From Camelus ferus (taxonomy: Eukaryota), in contig NC_045707.1 in the NCBI RefSeq assembly GCF_009834535.1, positions 59,026,001 to 59,090,000 on the forward strand: DNA of 64,000 nucleotides, in the 5' to 3' direction. Below are positions 1 to 12,252 of the stretch, in pieces (within the stretch, counting starts at the first letter, position 1; the number at the start of each line of letters is the position of its first letter). A program made the position numbers and the translations under genes. Below the pieces are notes generated by a model that ran no database searches, was not told the origin of the DNA, and saw only the letters and a program-made list of their open reading frames with translations.

Positions 1-750
1 TGTGCACTGTTGGTGGGAATGTAAATTGGTGCAGCCACTAGGGAAAACAGTATTGAGGTGCCTCAAAAAATTAAAAATAGAGCTACCCTAAGATCCAGCA
101 ACTCTACCTCTGGGGATTTATCTGAGGAAAATGAAAACACCAAGTTGAAAAGATATCTGCAACCCATGTTCATTGCAATATTTACAGTAGCAAAGATATG
201 GAAACAACTTAAGTGTCCATCGATAAGTAAGTGGAAAAAGATACAGTATGCATTATTTGGCCATGAAAAAGAATAGAATCTTGCCATTTGTGATAACATG
301 GATGAAGCCTGAAGGCGTTATACTAAGTGAAATAAATTAGACAAAGAGAAATACTGTATAATCTCACCTATATATGGAATCTTAAGCAAAAAAGAGCTCA
401 TAGATACAGAGAACAGATTGGTGGTTGCCAGCAGTGGGTGGGGCTAGACAAAATGGGTAAAAGGTTCAAAATGTACAAACTTCCAGTTGTAAAATAAGTA
501 ACTGGAATGTGATATACTGGATGGTGATTACAACTAATATTATACTGCATATTTGAAAGTTGCTAAGAGTAAATCTTAATAACTTCACAAAAAAAATAAA
601 TTTTGTAACTTTGTAGAGTGGCAGATGTTACCTAGACTTGTCATCATTTTGCAATTATACAAATACTGAATTATATTATGTATGGTACACCTGAAACTAA
701 TACCATGTTCTGTGACAATTATATCTCGATTTAAAGGAAAAAACAAAAAG
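1..750 (+). mobile_element. L1 3' end (degenerate ORF2 C-terminus plus L1MA9-like 3'UTR), cut by the window edge
   Basis: ORF 58..276 contains MFIAIFTVAKIWKQLKCPS (ORF2 C-terminal motif). It is followed by a 3'UTR with 'cagagaacagattggtggttgcca' and 'gtacacctgaaactaata', then an A-rich tail. Confidence 0.9.
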
Positions 751-1650
751 AATAGTTTTGGCTTCCAGGCATCTATCTGTTCACCTAATAGCAACAAAAA
801 AATGGTTAGAGGCTTAATTAAAATCATTAATGAAAATCATTTTGCCTTACTTCTTTCTTTTTGAAGTGGGATTTCGCTACGGAAGTCCTTGGTTCATGTT
901 TCTATTTCACTCAAAATATAGGCAATTACCTTGTTCACCAATTCACTGCTGACTTGCATGTGGAAGCAAGTTCTCTGATTAAGCTGTGTATTGTGTAGTT
1001 TGACAGTTGAAGGAGCTGGGGGTAGGACTGGCAGCATCATCAGATGTGAATTATAAAGAATTCTTCCCTGTTTTTCTTAGTCTTTTTGTTTTAGGAAGAA
1101 AGGTGTTGGTGAAGCACATCAACAGGAAGTCATAGAATGAGAACTTCTTTTAACACTTGTCTGCCAGCTAACTGCACTACTGTGGGGGGACTGGCAGGCT
1201 CTCTTGGCATGTAAGCAGAAGTCTTTGTGTTTGTCAAAAGTGGCTTTCGGTCTAAGGCAATTTTCCATGAGCCTGGGATGCACATACTGTACAATTCAGA
1301 AGAAAACTCTCTTCCTACCCTTTTATTATTATCATTATTATAGAAATTTTGGGACAAGTCCTGAGTTGTGCAGTCTGTGTTTATAGGCTTGAAATTTTCC
1401 ATTGCCTTTTTGCTGTTTTGTTTTTTTTTTCTAAGCCCTCCAGTATTACACAGTGTTTTTTAGTGTATTTCATTTAAAATGATACAATGTTCTGGAAGAA
1501 AAACGAGAAAGAAACAATAGACTAGAATCTATTCCACTAGGAAGGATCTAGCATTTAATTTTCAGGGCTGGCATAAAAAAGTGCACAGAAAAAATTATTT
1601 GTCTGAATTACCTTAAAAGTAAAATACCCATTTGTTCTTGGTTACTTTGA

Positions 1651-1830
1651 ATTTTTTTATTTTCGTTTTTTAAAATTGAGGTATAGTTGATTTACAATGT
1701 TGTATTCGTTTCTGGTTACAGCATACTGATTCAGTTATACATATATATTTTTTCATATTCTTTTTCATTACAGGTTACTTGCAAGCCACTGACTATAGTT
1801 CCCTGTGCTATACAGTAGGATCTTGTTGTT
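1651..1830 (-). mobile_element. Short 5'-truncated lineage-specific L1 3'UTR tail
   Basis: Reverse complement of the recurring tail (ctgtatagcacagggaacta...tgtaaatcaactatacctcaat) with a T-rich end. Possible TSD gttacttt at 1640 and 1828. Confidence 0.85.
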
Positions 1831-2372
1831 ACTTTATATTGTATTGTAAAAAACTCCCTTATGTTTGGGAGACTATGAAATCCTATCACATTCATACTAA
1901 ATGAAATCAGCTATTTCATGGTTCCTGATTATCATCATCCACATTCCCAGGAGCAACTTTTAATTGGAGACTAATTTGTAAAGGATAGGATGCTCATTGG
2001 ATCATCCAAATCAAAGGTACTGATTTTTTAAAAATGATGAAACTAATACCTTTAAAATAAAATAATCAGAATTATTGCAGATTAAAATAACAACACTCTT
2101 GCCATTTAATTTCATTTCTTCATAAGTTTTACTAACTACTATCTATAAATTATTTGGTAAAATTTGTATGTAATTTAACCATTTTACAAGAGATGAATTT
2201 AAGAGATGAATGATGAATTTCATCATCATCAACTTTCACATGTATGCAGAGAATCAGCGTATGGTTTAAGGAAGTAGATCATGAATAATGACAGCAAAGT
2301 CCCGTGCTCCAGCAGCAAGCATACACGACAGGAAATCATTCGTCAAATTATCTTCCTAAAATGACTGCTTTA

Positions 2373-3010
2373 GGCTCTGGTTCAAGATGGTGATAGAAAG
2401 AAATCCTGAACTCACCCCCTCCCGTGGTCACATTCAATCTACAGCTATAAACAGAACAATAGACTTGGAGAGGGGAGAGAAAAAGAGACAAGAAAACCTA
2501 AGAAACCAGCACAGCAACTCCTTCATATCGAGCAACTGAGAAAAAAAACCTCAATCAACGTAGGTAGGAAAGGCTGTGAGCCATAACCTCGCCTTAAACC
2601 CCACCCCCCAGCACCATCCAGAGTAAACTCAAACCTGGAGCCTCTCCCTGAGTTTAGCATTCGTGCCCCACATCAAGCACCCCAACTTTTAAGACGTGCA
2701 CTGAGAAACGAGCCCCTGAAACATCTAGCCTGAAAACCAGCGGGGCCCATGCTCATGAGATGCGTGGGGCTGCGGAGAAATGAGAAGTAACTTTTAAAGG
2801 GCTTAGATAGGGACCCACTGGCCCCAGAGCGCAGGGCAGAAGCAGGTGTGTGAAAAGGGCTTACAAAAAACAGGCTTACTCATTATGTAGTGATGGATGT
2901 TAATTAGCCTTACTGTGGTGATCACTTCCCAAAATACACAAATATTGAATCAATATGTTGCATAACTGAAAATAATATAATATTATATGCCAATTATATT
3001 TTAACAAAGA
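2373..3010 (+). mobile_element. L1 5'UTR fragment joined directly to an L1MA9-like 3' terminus
   Basis: Starts with caagatgg (YY1-type L1 start) and 'cctgaactcaccccctcc', GC-richer up to ~2860. Positions 2885-3005 match the L1 terminus also seen at ~615-730. Confidence 0.7.
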
Positions 3011-4409
3011 ATACTCTTATGATTTGGGCCTGAGCAGCACCGAGTAAACAGCAGTTACTTATCGAGATAGAAACAACCTGGAAAGCAACACCCATTTTGC
3101 TGAGATGCCTAATAGGAATCAAAGTGGTAGTTAACTGAGTTTAAACTTAAAAAAGAGGTAAGAGACAGATTTTAAGTTCTGAACCCATTTTCTTATGGAT
3201 AGATAGCATTTTAGAGTCACGGAAATCAATGTTACTATTCAGGGAGTAGCATGATAAAGTATGGACAGACATCTCTTTCAAGGATTTTTGCTGTAAGAAA
3301 AACTCTCAGAAAAACAGCTGCCTAGACACATTCATTAAACACCTGTGCTGTGTGATGACGTGTATATACTGATATAGGCCTCAGGTGACGAGGGAAGCCA
3401 TTTTTTGAAATGTGATAAACAGCTTTTTCTCTTAAGGAACATAATATCCAAGGCCAGCATTCCCAACTCTAATTTTTCATCCCTTCATGTCACATAATTT
3501 CCCAACTAAACAAAATCAGTAGTTTCTAGTTTAAAAAGCTCTCTGACAGGAAGATTCTCATACTGCCAATACATCTTCTCTCAACCTACCACTAAGATAT
3601 CCATTAAGTTGGTTTTAAAAAAAAAAACAAAGATTCACAACTTTGGAAATGAAGACTGTCAGAAAATATAGTAACAGAACATGAGAGGAATTGACGTTAA
3701 TTATTAAGCAAAGAGAACTCGAGTAGGGAACACTCACGTAGCACAGCTCAACTTTACTTTAAGTGTTATTTTACATACAAAGTGGAGACAAGATTTGCAA
3801 ATGCCCCAAGCAGGCAAAACCATTTAAGCCACATAAGCAAAACTGAAAGCTAGCTTATTCTATGAACATAAGCAAAACTTAATTTAGGTTATTTCTTGTA
3901 AATACCTTCGACAGTTATATAAAAAACTTCAGACATCTTCCTAAAAATGGTATGAGATAATCACTTTGAACCAACCCCCTGCCTTCTGGAGTACCCTCAT
4001 TGTAAAAATCCATCATTATAAAGATTAAACAATTTCCTTGTTTTAATTTTATAATCCATCCTGTAACCTCATGCCTTGATTCAAATCACTTTTTATTTTT
4101 AGAGACTCCCAGTTCACTAACCAATCTTATAGGCACCAGAAACTCTTACTAAATACTATTTATTGATTTGGAGGTTTAAATTTTGCTGTTTCTGGACTTT
4201 TGACATGAGAAAGAAATAGTTTAATAAAAGATACTTCTGATCTCTAGAAAGAAATGGCAGAAAGAAAACAATGATTTTGCTCCCTTCTGAATTCGTACTG
4301 AAATGACAGGATGGACTTTACTTGAGACTTAAGATCAAAAGGGAAGAAAAGAAAAGAGTAAGACAGCAGTGCAATTTTTTAAAACAAAATGTAAAGAGAA
4401 AAGAAACAA

Positions 4410-4620
4410 CTTACTTACCAGACGCCAGAGCGCAGCGTCCCGCAGCCATTGCAGGGAAAGCGGAGAAACAAGCCAATTTATACCACCGGTAATCTTAATT
4501 ATTAGCCGCACCTGGTGCCTCCCAAGTAGCGGCGTTAGTGCCTCCATCCCATCCCCTACGCCGTGCACCTGGATACCTTTTCCTCTTGAATCCTGGCCTA
4601 AGAGAGAAGATTTGTTCTCT
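4410..4620 (-). promoter_or_regulatory. Candidate TATA promoter with a very short first exon and splice donor (alternatively a 200-nt internal exon, 4618-4419)
   Basis: 11 CpGs in 4423-4563. Minus-strand TATAAA 4482-4477, donor CTG|GTAAGT at 4419/4418, TAATCTTAATTATTAG 4490-4505, CACCTG E-boxes at 4509 and 4566, and acceptor-like tctcttttactgtcttcAG ending at 4619. Confidence 0.55.
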
Positions 4621-4749
4621 GAAGACAGTAAAAGAGACATTCTTCAAACCAGGAAAAGTCAGGCACAGTTAAAGGCAGGAGTACTAAACCTACAAGATAA
4701 CTAAATGAATATTTACATCCAGAATGATGAGTCCAAATCAACTATCTAC

Positions 4750-5885
4750 ATGTCAGAACGAAATCACAAAACTCTTAGGTGAAAATGAAGGTGTAAATCT
4801 TCATAACTCTGGATTAGACAATGTTTTCTTAGGTATGACACCAAATGCACAAGCAATAGAGAAAAACAGAAAAATTGGACTTACTCAAAATTAAAAACTT
4901 CGGGCTTTAAAGGACATTAGCAAGAAAGTAAAAAGACAACTCATAGAATAAATATTGGCAAATCATGTATGTGATAAGGGTCTACTATGAAGAATATATA
5001 AGAAACTGACGATTCAACAATGAAAAGACAACTCAATTTCAAAATTGGCAAAGGATTTGAATAAAAATTCCCCAATAAGATGTGCTAATGGCTAATAAGC
5101 ACATGAAAGATGTTTAACATCATCAGCCTTTCGGGAAATGCTAATCAAAACCACAATGAGACGCCCACTAGGATGGTTACAATTTAAAAAAAAAACCAGC
5201 AAGTTTTGGTGAGAATGAGGAGAAACTGAACCCTGAAACATCGCTGGCAGGAATGTAAAATGGTGCAGCTGCTTTGAAAAACAGTTCGGCATTTATTCAA
5301 AATGTTAAGCATGAAGTTGGCATATAATCGAGTTATTCCACTCGTAGGTACACAGCCAAGAAAAATGAATACGTATGTTCAGAGAGAGACTTGTACCTGA
5401 ATGTTCATAGCAGCATTATTTATAACCAAAAAGTGGAAACAACTTCAATGTCCACCAGCTGATGAATGGCTGAACAGAATGTGTATATCCATGCAATGGA
5501 ATATTATCCAACCATAAAAATACATGATGTTCTGATACATGCTATAACATGGATGAAACTTGATAACATTGTGCTAAGTAAAAGAAGGCATATTGTATGA
5601 GCCCACTGATATGAAATGTCCAGAACAGGCAAATCTGTAGAGACTGAAGGTAGATTAGTGGTTGTCAGAGACGGGGGAATAGGAGGCATAGGATGTGACT
5701 CTGAATGGGTATGAAGTTGCTTTGGGGGATGATAAAAATGTTCTGAAATTAGACAGCAGTGATCAGTACACAATTTTGAGAATATACTAAAACCCACTGA
5801 ACTGTACACATTAAAAAAAAGTGAACTATGAGAATTACATCTCAATAAAAGTATTTTTTTAAAAGAAGAAAAAATAAAATAAAAT
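4750..5885 (+). mobile_element. Old L1 (L1MB-type): ORF2 3' part plus 3'UTR
   Basis: Degenerate ORF2 motifs, then L1MB-type 3'UTR 'gtagattagtggttgtcag...aatatactaaaacccactgaactgtacac...ctcaataaaa' and an A-rich tail. Confidence 0.88.
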
Positions 5886-6202
5886 GATTGCCTTAAATTG
5901 ATCCAAAGAGGACTTATTTTTTCCTGAAGCACTGCTTCTAGTGAAAAAAAAAAAAATCAGAATTCTGCAAAACATACCAGATTGTGTGTTTTCCCTTTGG
6001 TTCCTAATATCTACTACTTTGTTCCCCTGATGGCCAAACTTTGGCCTTCTCTTACTGTCTTTTTGAATTTTGAGTCAAAATATTTTCATCTATGCTAATC
6101 TTGTAACGTAACATGTCAGTGATAATTGTGTAATTATTGTGTCCATCCAGTCCCACTCCCCACTCCCCAAAGAACGCCAACTGGGCTTTTGTATTTGGAT
6201 AT

Positions 6203-6238
6203 ACCACCACCACCACCACCACCACCACCACCACCACT
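6203..6238. repeat. (ACC)11 trinucleotide microsatellite
   Basis: Read directly; explains the poly-Thr and poly-Val ORFs. Confidence 0.97.
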
Positions 6239-6849
6239 AGCTGTCTCATGCTGAATACATTTTCTGAATTTTCTGTCCTCAAGCTTATTCTTCATTGTTC
6301 TTTTCCTTGCTCTCCATGTCCTTCCCTATCACATTCACATGAAACTATCATGTAATATTCATTCCATCCAACACTTCATGTTTATTTCTTCTGATGTCAC
6401 TCTACTTCAAGACTATACCACATCAATGATTAATAATAATAGTTCTCTTTAGTGCACTCAATGATTAAAATCAACCTCTATTTTCAAACAACCTCTATTT
6501 CACCCTGCCCAAATTTGGGGAACATCTTGAATCTTGAGCTGAAGAGTGTGTCACACTTTTGCTCAAAATGTTTCTATGGCTCCCTATTATACAAAGGATA
6601 GAATCTCAAATTCTCATGTTTTCGTAATTAAGACTTAACCTTTCTGCTCACTCTTCCACTAAGTCTCTTACTTGAATCATCTACTTCACCGAACTGACTC
6701 TTCTTCTAGGAGCTGTTTTGATTGTTTTCCTCTCCACATTTTATTTATCCTTTAACTTTTTCATTCTCAGTATTACTTCCTCTTACCGTCACGCTACATC
6801 TTCATATGTATCCAATGTAACCCAACCCTCAACCTTATGTAATTTCTTC

Positions 6850-6990
6850 TTTAATCAAAACTATTTATTGAGCACATAGCTTGTGCTATGAACCGTTTTA
6901 TGCTATGAAAGAGTACTAATGAGTAAGGTAGCATCTCTGCCTCCAAGAAGCATATAGCTCGTGAACAAGGAATCAATTACAATAGTGCAA
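6850..6990 (-). mobile_element. L2 3'-end fragment
   Basis: 'tatttattgagcac...tctgcctccaagaagcatatag' is typical of the reverse-complemented L2 3' end. Confidence 0.55.
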
Positions 6991-7876
6991 ACAACGAAGA
7001 AGATGGACAGCAACCAACATGCACAGACCACCTGCCAAGCACATGGGTTCCAGGCAACCCTGTGAAATCAAGCTGGTTATCCTCACACTTGGAGAAGTGA
7101 AGGCTCAGGAAGATTAGGCAACTTGTTTACACAACTAGCAATTAGCACCCAATGGTCTGTGTGAACCCAAAGCTCCCCATTGTGCTGTGAGGCGATGAAA
7201 ACTCTGCCCAGCAATCTTGCTCTTTGGATTCCCTACCATATTTTGTCCTGTGCCATATATTTAGCACATGCACTGGGTTAATGATTGTTTCTTATATTTA
7301 CTCAGAAAAAACACTGCCTGAGCACCTGCAAACTGCCTGACATTGGACTAAGTGTTAAGAAATACAAAGATCAACATGATAAAATCCTTGCCTTCAAGAA
7401 GCTCCCAGGCTAGTGTGAGAAGAAAGCAGCTAAAGAAACATCTTCCAAACCGAGGACTCTATCAGATTGACAGTTCTACCTTTGAAATGTCAAAATCTTC
7501 TGTCACCTCCTACCACTTTAGTGGTTCATCCTGCTGCAGAACAGAATCCCTCCAGGCAGGGCCGTGTTTGGGCTTTCCGGGAGGAGACTGGGTAGGGCCA
7601 CCTAACTCTGCAGTGGGGTATCAGAGAAGGTTTGCTTAGTGAAGGACTATTTCAACAGAATTTAAAAGGAGGACTAGGGTGACTAGGAGAATTCCAGGTA
7701 ACAAAGAATGGAAGCGCATTCCAGGGAGAAGATGAATCATAGGTAAACAGAGTTATGAGATAATACCGCATATTCAAGGAACAGCCTAAAATCCGGAGTC
7801 TACCTGGAGAAACTGTTAAGAGAAATAGGACTGGAAAAGTAATCACAGTATTTATGTCATGTTAAGTTACTTAACT

Positions 7877-8040
7877 CTGGGTAGCTTTAAGAAATATTGA
7901 TGGCTTGTCCCCACCTAAGAGTAATTAAATCCAGAACCCTAGGGTGAGGGGCTCAGTAGGGAGAAAAGACTGGGCACTGGACTTAAAAAAAAAAGTCTGT
8001 CCAGGCGGTTATGATGAGGAGTCACGGATGAGTATCAGTG
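7877..8040. mobile_element. MER5-like hAT-Charlie MITE fragment
   Basis: 'gggtagctttaagaaatattgatggcttgtccccacc...ccaggcggttatgatg...tgagtatcagtg' resembles MER5A/B. Confidence 0.55.
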
Positions 8041-9220
8041 TTGCAGGCAAAGGAGAACCAAGTAAGTTTAGGAAGCAAAGGGCATGAAATTTGCTCTTTA
8101 GACAAAGCCTTCTGGCTACAGAAAATAAACTGAAGGGTGGTAGACTAATAGGTAAGGGGTGAGTAAGAGTCTGTTCTAACAGTCCAGACAAAAGATGGTA
8201 AGCCCTTAAAATTACTTTTTATGCCTTTTTGCCTTTGTGTTAGCTAGATTGCAAATATGTTGTCCAATGAGTTCTTGTCTTACTGGTTTCCCTAACAATT
8301 TTTGCCTAGTGCTGTTTAGATAACCTAATAATACTTGTTGAATCAAAGCATTTTATAGCAAGGCAAAAATTAACAGTAATAAAAATTAAAATAAAAGTTA
8401 TCATTGCTAAAAATGTGTATTGTGACTGTAACATAGTGCATGATTTTCCAAAAACCTTGGAAAACTGCATACCAATATCAAAAAGAGGATAAAAATGGAT
8501 CATTAGTCAACCACTTTAAGATATGCATTCTTCATATTTGGGTAGATTTCCCCTTCTCTGATTATTGGTCACATGGTTGACTATTTAGCTGAGGAAAATG
8601 AATAATGCTATATTGTAAGCGATTTTTCCACATCATTAAAGCGCTTGATGAAGTTTATTTAAAAGACTGCATAACACACTGTGCTATGATTTACATCTTA
8701 ATTTTCCAGCTCTTAGACCTCTAGGTAGTTTCCACTTTTTACCATTATAGGAGATGATCATATTTGAATTTCTGATTATTTCTCTAAACTGGGTTTTAAG
8801 AAATGAATTTATTACAGAAAAGAAAAAGAGTATTTTGAAGGGTTTTCATAAATATTGCAAAATTATTTTCCTTGGCGTATTTCCAATGTCCATTCTTCCT
8901 AACTAGGTAACTGACTTAATTTTTACCTACAATCTTGCCAGCCTTATGTATTTTCATATTTTTTTCTTAAGTGCTGTGGAATATAAAAGCAAAAACCCCC
9001 AAACCCTTGCTTTCAAGATGCTCTGACTGCTGTGAGATACAGATTAAGGGGCATACACAAAAGAAGGTACTGAGGACACTGTCAGAGTGATGTTTCTACT
9101 TTTCAAATGTCAAAATTCTCTACTGTCTCCCATTTCCTTGCAGTGGTCCATCTGGCTGTGGAACCTAAACTTTCCACACCTGAATATGTTTGGATTTCTT
9201 TAAAGCAAAGAATGAAATAT

Positions 9221-9420
9221 TAGCCACTATATATAAAAATAGATTTTAAAGAAGTTTCTTCTGTATAGCACAGGGAACTATGTTCAATATCTTGTAATAA
9301 CCTTTAATGAAAAAGAATATGAAAATGAACATAGGTATGTATACGCACAACTGGGACACTGTGCTGAACACCAGAAACTGACACATTGTAACTGGCTGTA
9401 CTTCAATAAAAAATGCATAT

Positions 9421-9462
<42 letters not shown>

Positions 9463-9470
9463 CAACAAAA
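9221..9470 (+). mobile_element. Short lineage-specific L1 3'UTR tail with a (TA)n(CA)n microsatellite in its tail
   Basis: Diagnostic 'tgctgaacaccagaaactgacacattgtaactggctgtacttcaataaaa'. TSD-like aaagaatga at 9207 and 9471; (TA)10(CA)10 at 9421-9460. Confidence 0.9.
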
Positions 9471-10166
9471 AAAGAATGATATGTAACAATGTATTTCATT
9501 ATTTTAATTTGCATTTACGTGATGTATGATTTTAATCATTTTTAAAATTGTGTATTCCCACTTTTATAAGTTCCATGATATATACTTTCCACATTACAAA
9601 TGTATAGAAATGGGACGTTAGGATTTTTCTCCTGTGTGTGTATTAGATGAGTCATGGTTCTCAGAAAATTATTCTTTCTCAAGTTATTTAAATATATTCA
9701 TGTACAACTTCGGCAACTGTATCATTATAATTTTAAAAATATTCTGTGTATCGACATAATCCATGTCTTCTATTTTCTGCTTATAAATCTTTTTTATTAA
9801 CTGAATTTTTCAGCATTTTGCTTTGTAAATTTAAAGAATAATTACCTAAATTGTACTGATTTTCAGTGTACCAGTTCAGGAGTTAACTATTGTTTAGGAC
9901 TTTCCTCTTGCTGTCCGTGAAACTGAATTTTTTAATATTCACATTCTTGCTTCCTTGGTTGGAAACCTTTTCCATTTTATTAATTCTGTATTTGAGGATT
10001 GCAGTTTACTTTTATTTTTGAAAATCATGACATTTCTAAGTTCAGAAAAGAGAATAGAGAATAACATGGCAAGTCTACACATAATTATCATTCACTTTTA
10101 TCGTTTTTTCAAGTTTTGCAATACCTGCTATCAATAATTTTTGAAGAAATAATTTTAAAAAATGAC

Positions 10167-10757
10167 TGCATTAGTTTGCTACAGCTGACCACAAACTGAC
10201 TGATTAAAGAACAGAAGTTTGTTATCCCACAGTTCTGGAGGCCAGAGGTCTGAAATTAAGGTGTCAGCTGAGCCATACTCCCTCTGAAGCCACCAGGGGA
10301 GGATCTGTTTCAGAACTCTCTCCTAGCTTCTAGGAGTCCCTTGGCCAATGGCAGCATCATTTCAATCTTCACATGACGTTCTCCCATTGTGTGTGTGTAT
10401 GTCTCTAGGTCCAAATTTTCATTTTTTAATTTTTTTTAATATTTGAGGGTTTTTGGGCGGGTACTTAGGTTTACTTATTTATTTTTCTTAATGGAAATAG
10501 GGATTGAACCCAAGACCTTATGCATCCTAAGCATGCGCTCTACCACTTAAGGTATACACTCCCCCCAAATTTTCCATTTTTATAAGAGCACAGGTTATAT
10601 TTGTTTTGAGACCACCATATTCAGTACAACTTCATCTTAAATAATTACATTGGCAACATCCCTATTTCCACTATTTCCGTAGAAGGTCACGCTCTGAGTT
10701 ACTGGGGGTGTGCCTTCAGTATATGAATTTGAGAAGAACAAAGTGCAACCTGTAACA
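10167..10757 (-). mobile_element. MLT1 (MLT1B/C-like) MaLR solo LTR interrupted by a SINE
   Basis: 'cacagttctggaggccagaggtctgaaattaaggtgtcag' and 'aaggtcacgctctgagttactgggggt' are MLT1 hallmarks; tg...ca termini. Confidence 0.85.
10427..10565 (-). mobile_element. vic-1-like tRNA-derived SINE
   Basis: Reverse complement reads gggggagtgtataccttaagtggtagagcgcatgcttaggatgcataaggtcttgggttcaatcccc with an A-rich tail. TSD caaattttc(c)attttt at 10412-10426 and 10566-10581. Confidence 0.88.
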
Positions 10758-11763
10758 ATAACAGATATCCTTGAAGCCATTTGTAAAATCCTTCTTGAAC
10801 AGCGTTTTCCCTCTCAAAATGATTTTTAGAAGTCTTTTCCTGTATTTTATACTATTTTATACATGAATGGGTCCATAAGCAAGATGTAAGTTTGTCTGGT
10901 ATATTCTCAATATCTGTATAAATATTACATTTGACTTACCACTCCGTAACTTGTTTCTTTTTGTCAGTATTTGTTCTCCGGTTCCAATACGATACATTTA
11001 AGTGTGATTTTATCTTTACTGATCCTTTCTGGTCCTTACAGCAAGTTTTTTAGTCTGAGAAGCTATATCCTTAATTTGGAAAATTTGCAATATTCAGCTG
11101 CCTAAATTATTGCTTCTTCACTATTTCTTCTATTATTTTTCTTTGTTTTTTACATTGTATAATTTAAAGGCTTTATTTTCCCCCACAATTAGCAAATAGG
11201 TTTCAGGCTAGTTCAACTGGAAGTTTTCTTCCTATGGTTACTCTCCCATTCTTTTGTTTAGGAATTCCTGTTAGATTATTTGTTGATACTTTTCGAGCTA
11301 CCTTTCAAGTCACTTAAGTCGTCTGTCTCTCTGTGCTGAGTATCTAGTACAACATTCTGCAATTTATTAACTCCCTAGGATTGAGCGGGATAGAATATTT
11401 ATTTCAGTGAATATACTTTTCATTTCCAATATGTCTAACTGCTGCTTCATATACAACTTATTCTTACTTCTTTTCTGCCTATTTTTGTTTCAGAATTTTT
11501 TGTTCATTTTAACCATGGTTCCAAATACCATGATTTCACATGTGTCTTTCAGAATACTAAACACATATACTTAAAGTTTGTATTGAATCATCTACAAAAT
11601 CATTCTCACCTGCAAAAGGGGAGGGGAGAGGAGGGGAGGAACAGTGGGAGTGTCTGCCCTGAGCTGCAGGCAACAAGGGAATATATTGCCTCTAGAGAAT
11701 TTAAAAAATGAATTAAATTTATTCTGCTTTTTATCATTACCATGGTCTAGCATTTCCAAACAT

Positions 11764-12252
11764 TGATGAGATTGACCAAGAGGTCTTTAATGTTCCCCTC
11801 AGCTGGATTAAACCTCAGGTAGGTTTCTTCCTGACCATAACACACTCCTGAACTCACTTTTCTTAGAACATCTCCCCTTTGAGATGAAAATCTTCTTCCA
11901 GACTATTGCCATTTTTACAACTCAGAAATGTCTTTCTCAAGACCTAGGAGTCATCCTTTCAAAATGTAATCATCAAGAAAGCTGGAGCATCTATCTCTTA
12001 GTCTCTGTGGGAGGGTAGAAGCCCAACTTCGATAAGCACCAATTAGCAAACACAGATGGCCTAATCACATCAACCAAGCTCCCCTCAAACAAATGCCTTC
12101 TGGTACTTTTCCATTAGCTCACCCCAGGGCTAAAATAGTCTCCCATCTTTTGTTTCAAGGAAGTTTAGTTCAAACTCTCTCCTCTATTGCGATTCTCTTG
12201 AATAAGGTCTTCCTTGCCTGTTTGACTCTGTGTGGTATAATTGCTCTTTGAC
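11764..12252 (+). mobile_element. ERV1 solo LTR, MER67-like
   Basis: tg...tgaca termini. 'tctctgtgggagggtagaagcccaacttcgataagcaccaattagcaaacacagatggcctaatcacat' and 'gaataaggtcttccttgcctgttt' match the recalled MER67 consensus. Confidence 0.8.

Noticed and set aside
1130..1402. 90-aa minus ORF as exon 2 of the 4450 transcript
   Set aside because: No convincing acceptor, a low-complexity Asn stretch and no recognisable homology.
2188..2230. Short duplications and palindromes here and at ~6473 and ~19460
   Set aside because: Ordinary 11-14 bp slippage products in AT-rich DNA.
6052..6355. Poly-Thr and poly-Val ORFs
   Set aside because: Produced by the (ACC)n microsatellite.
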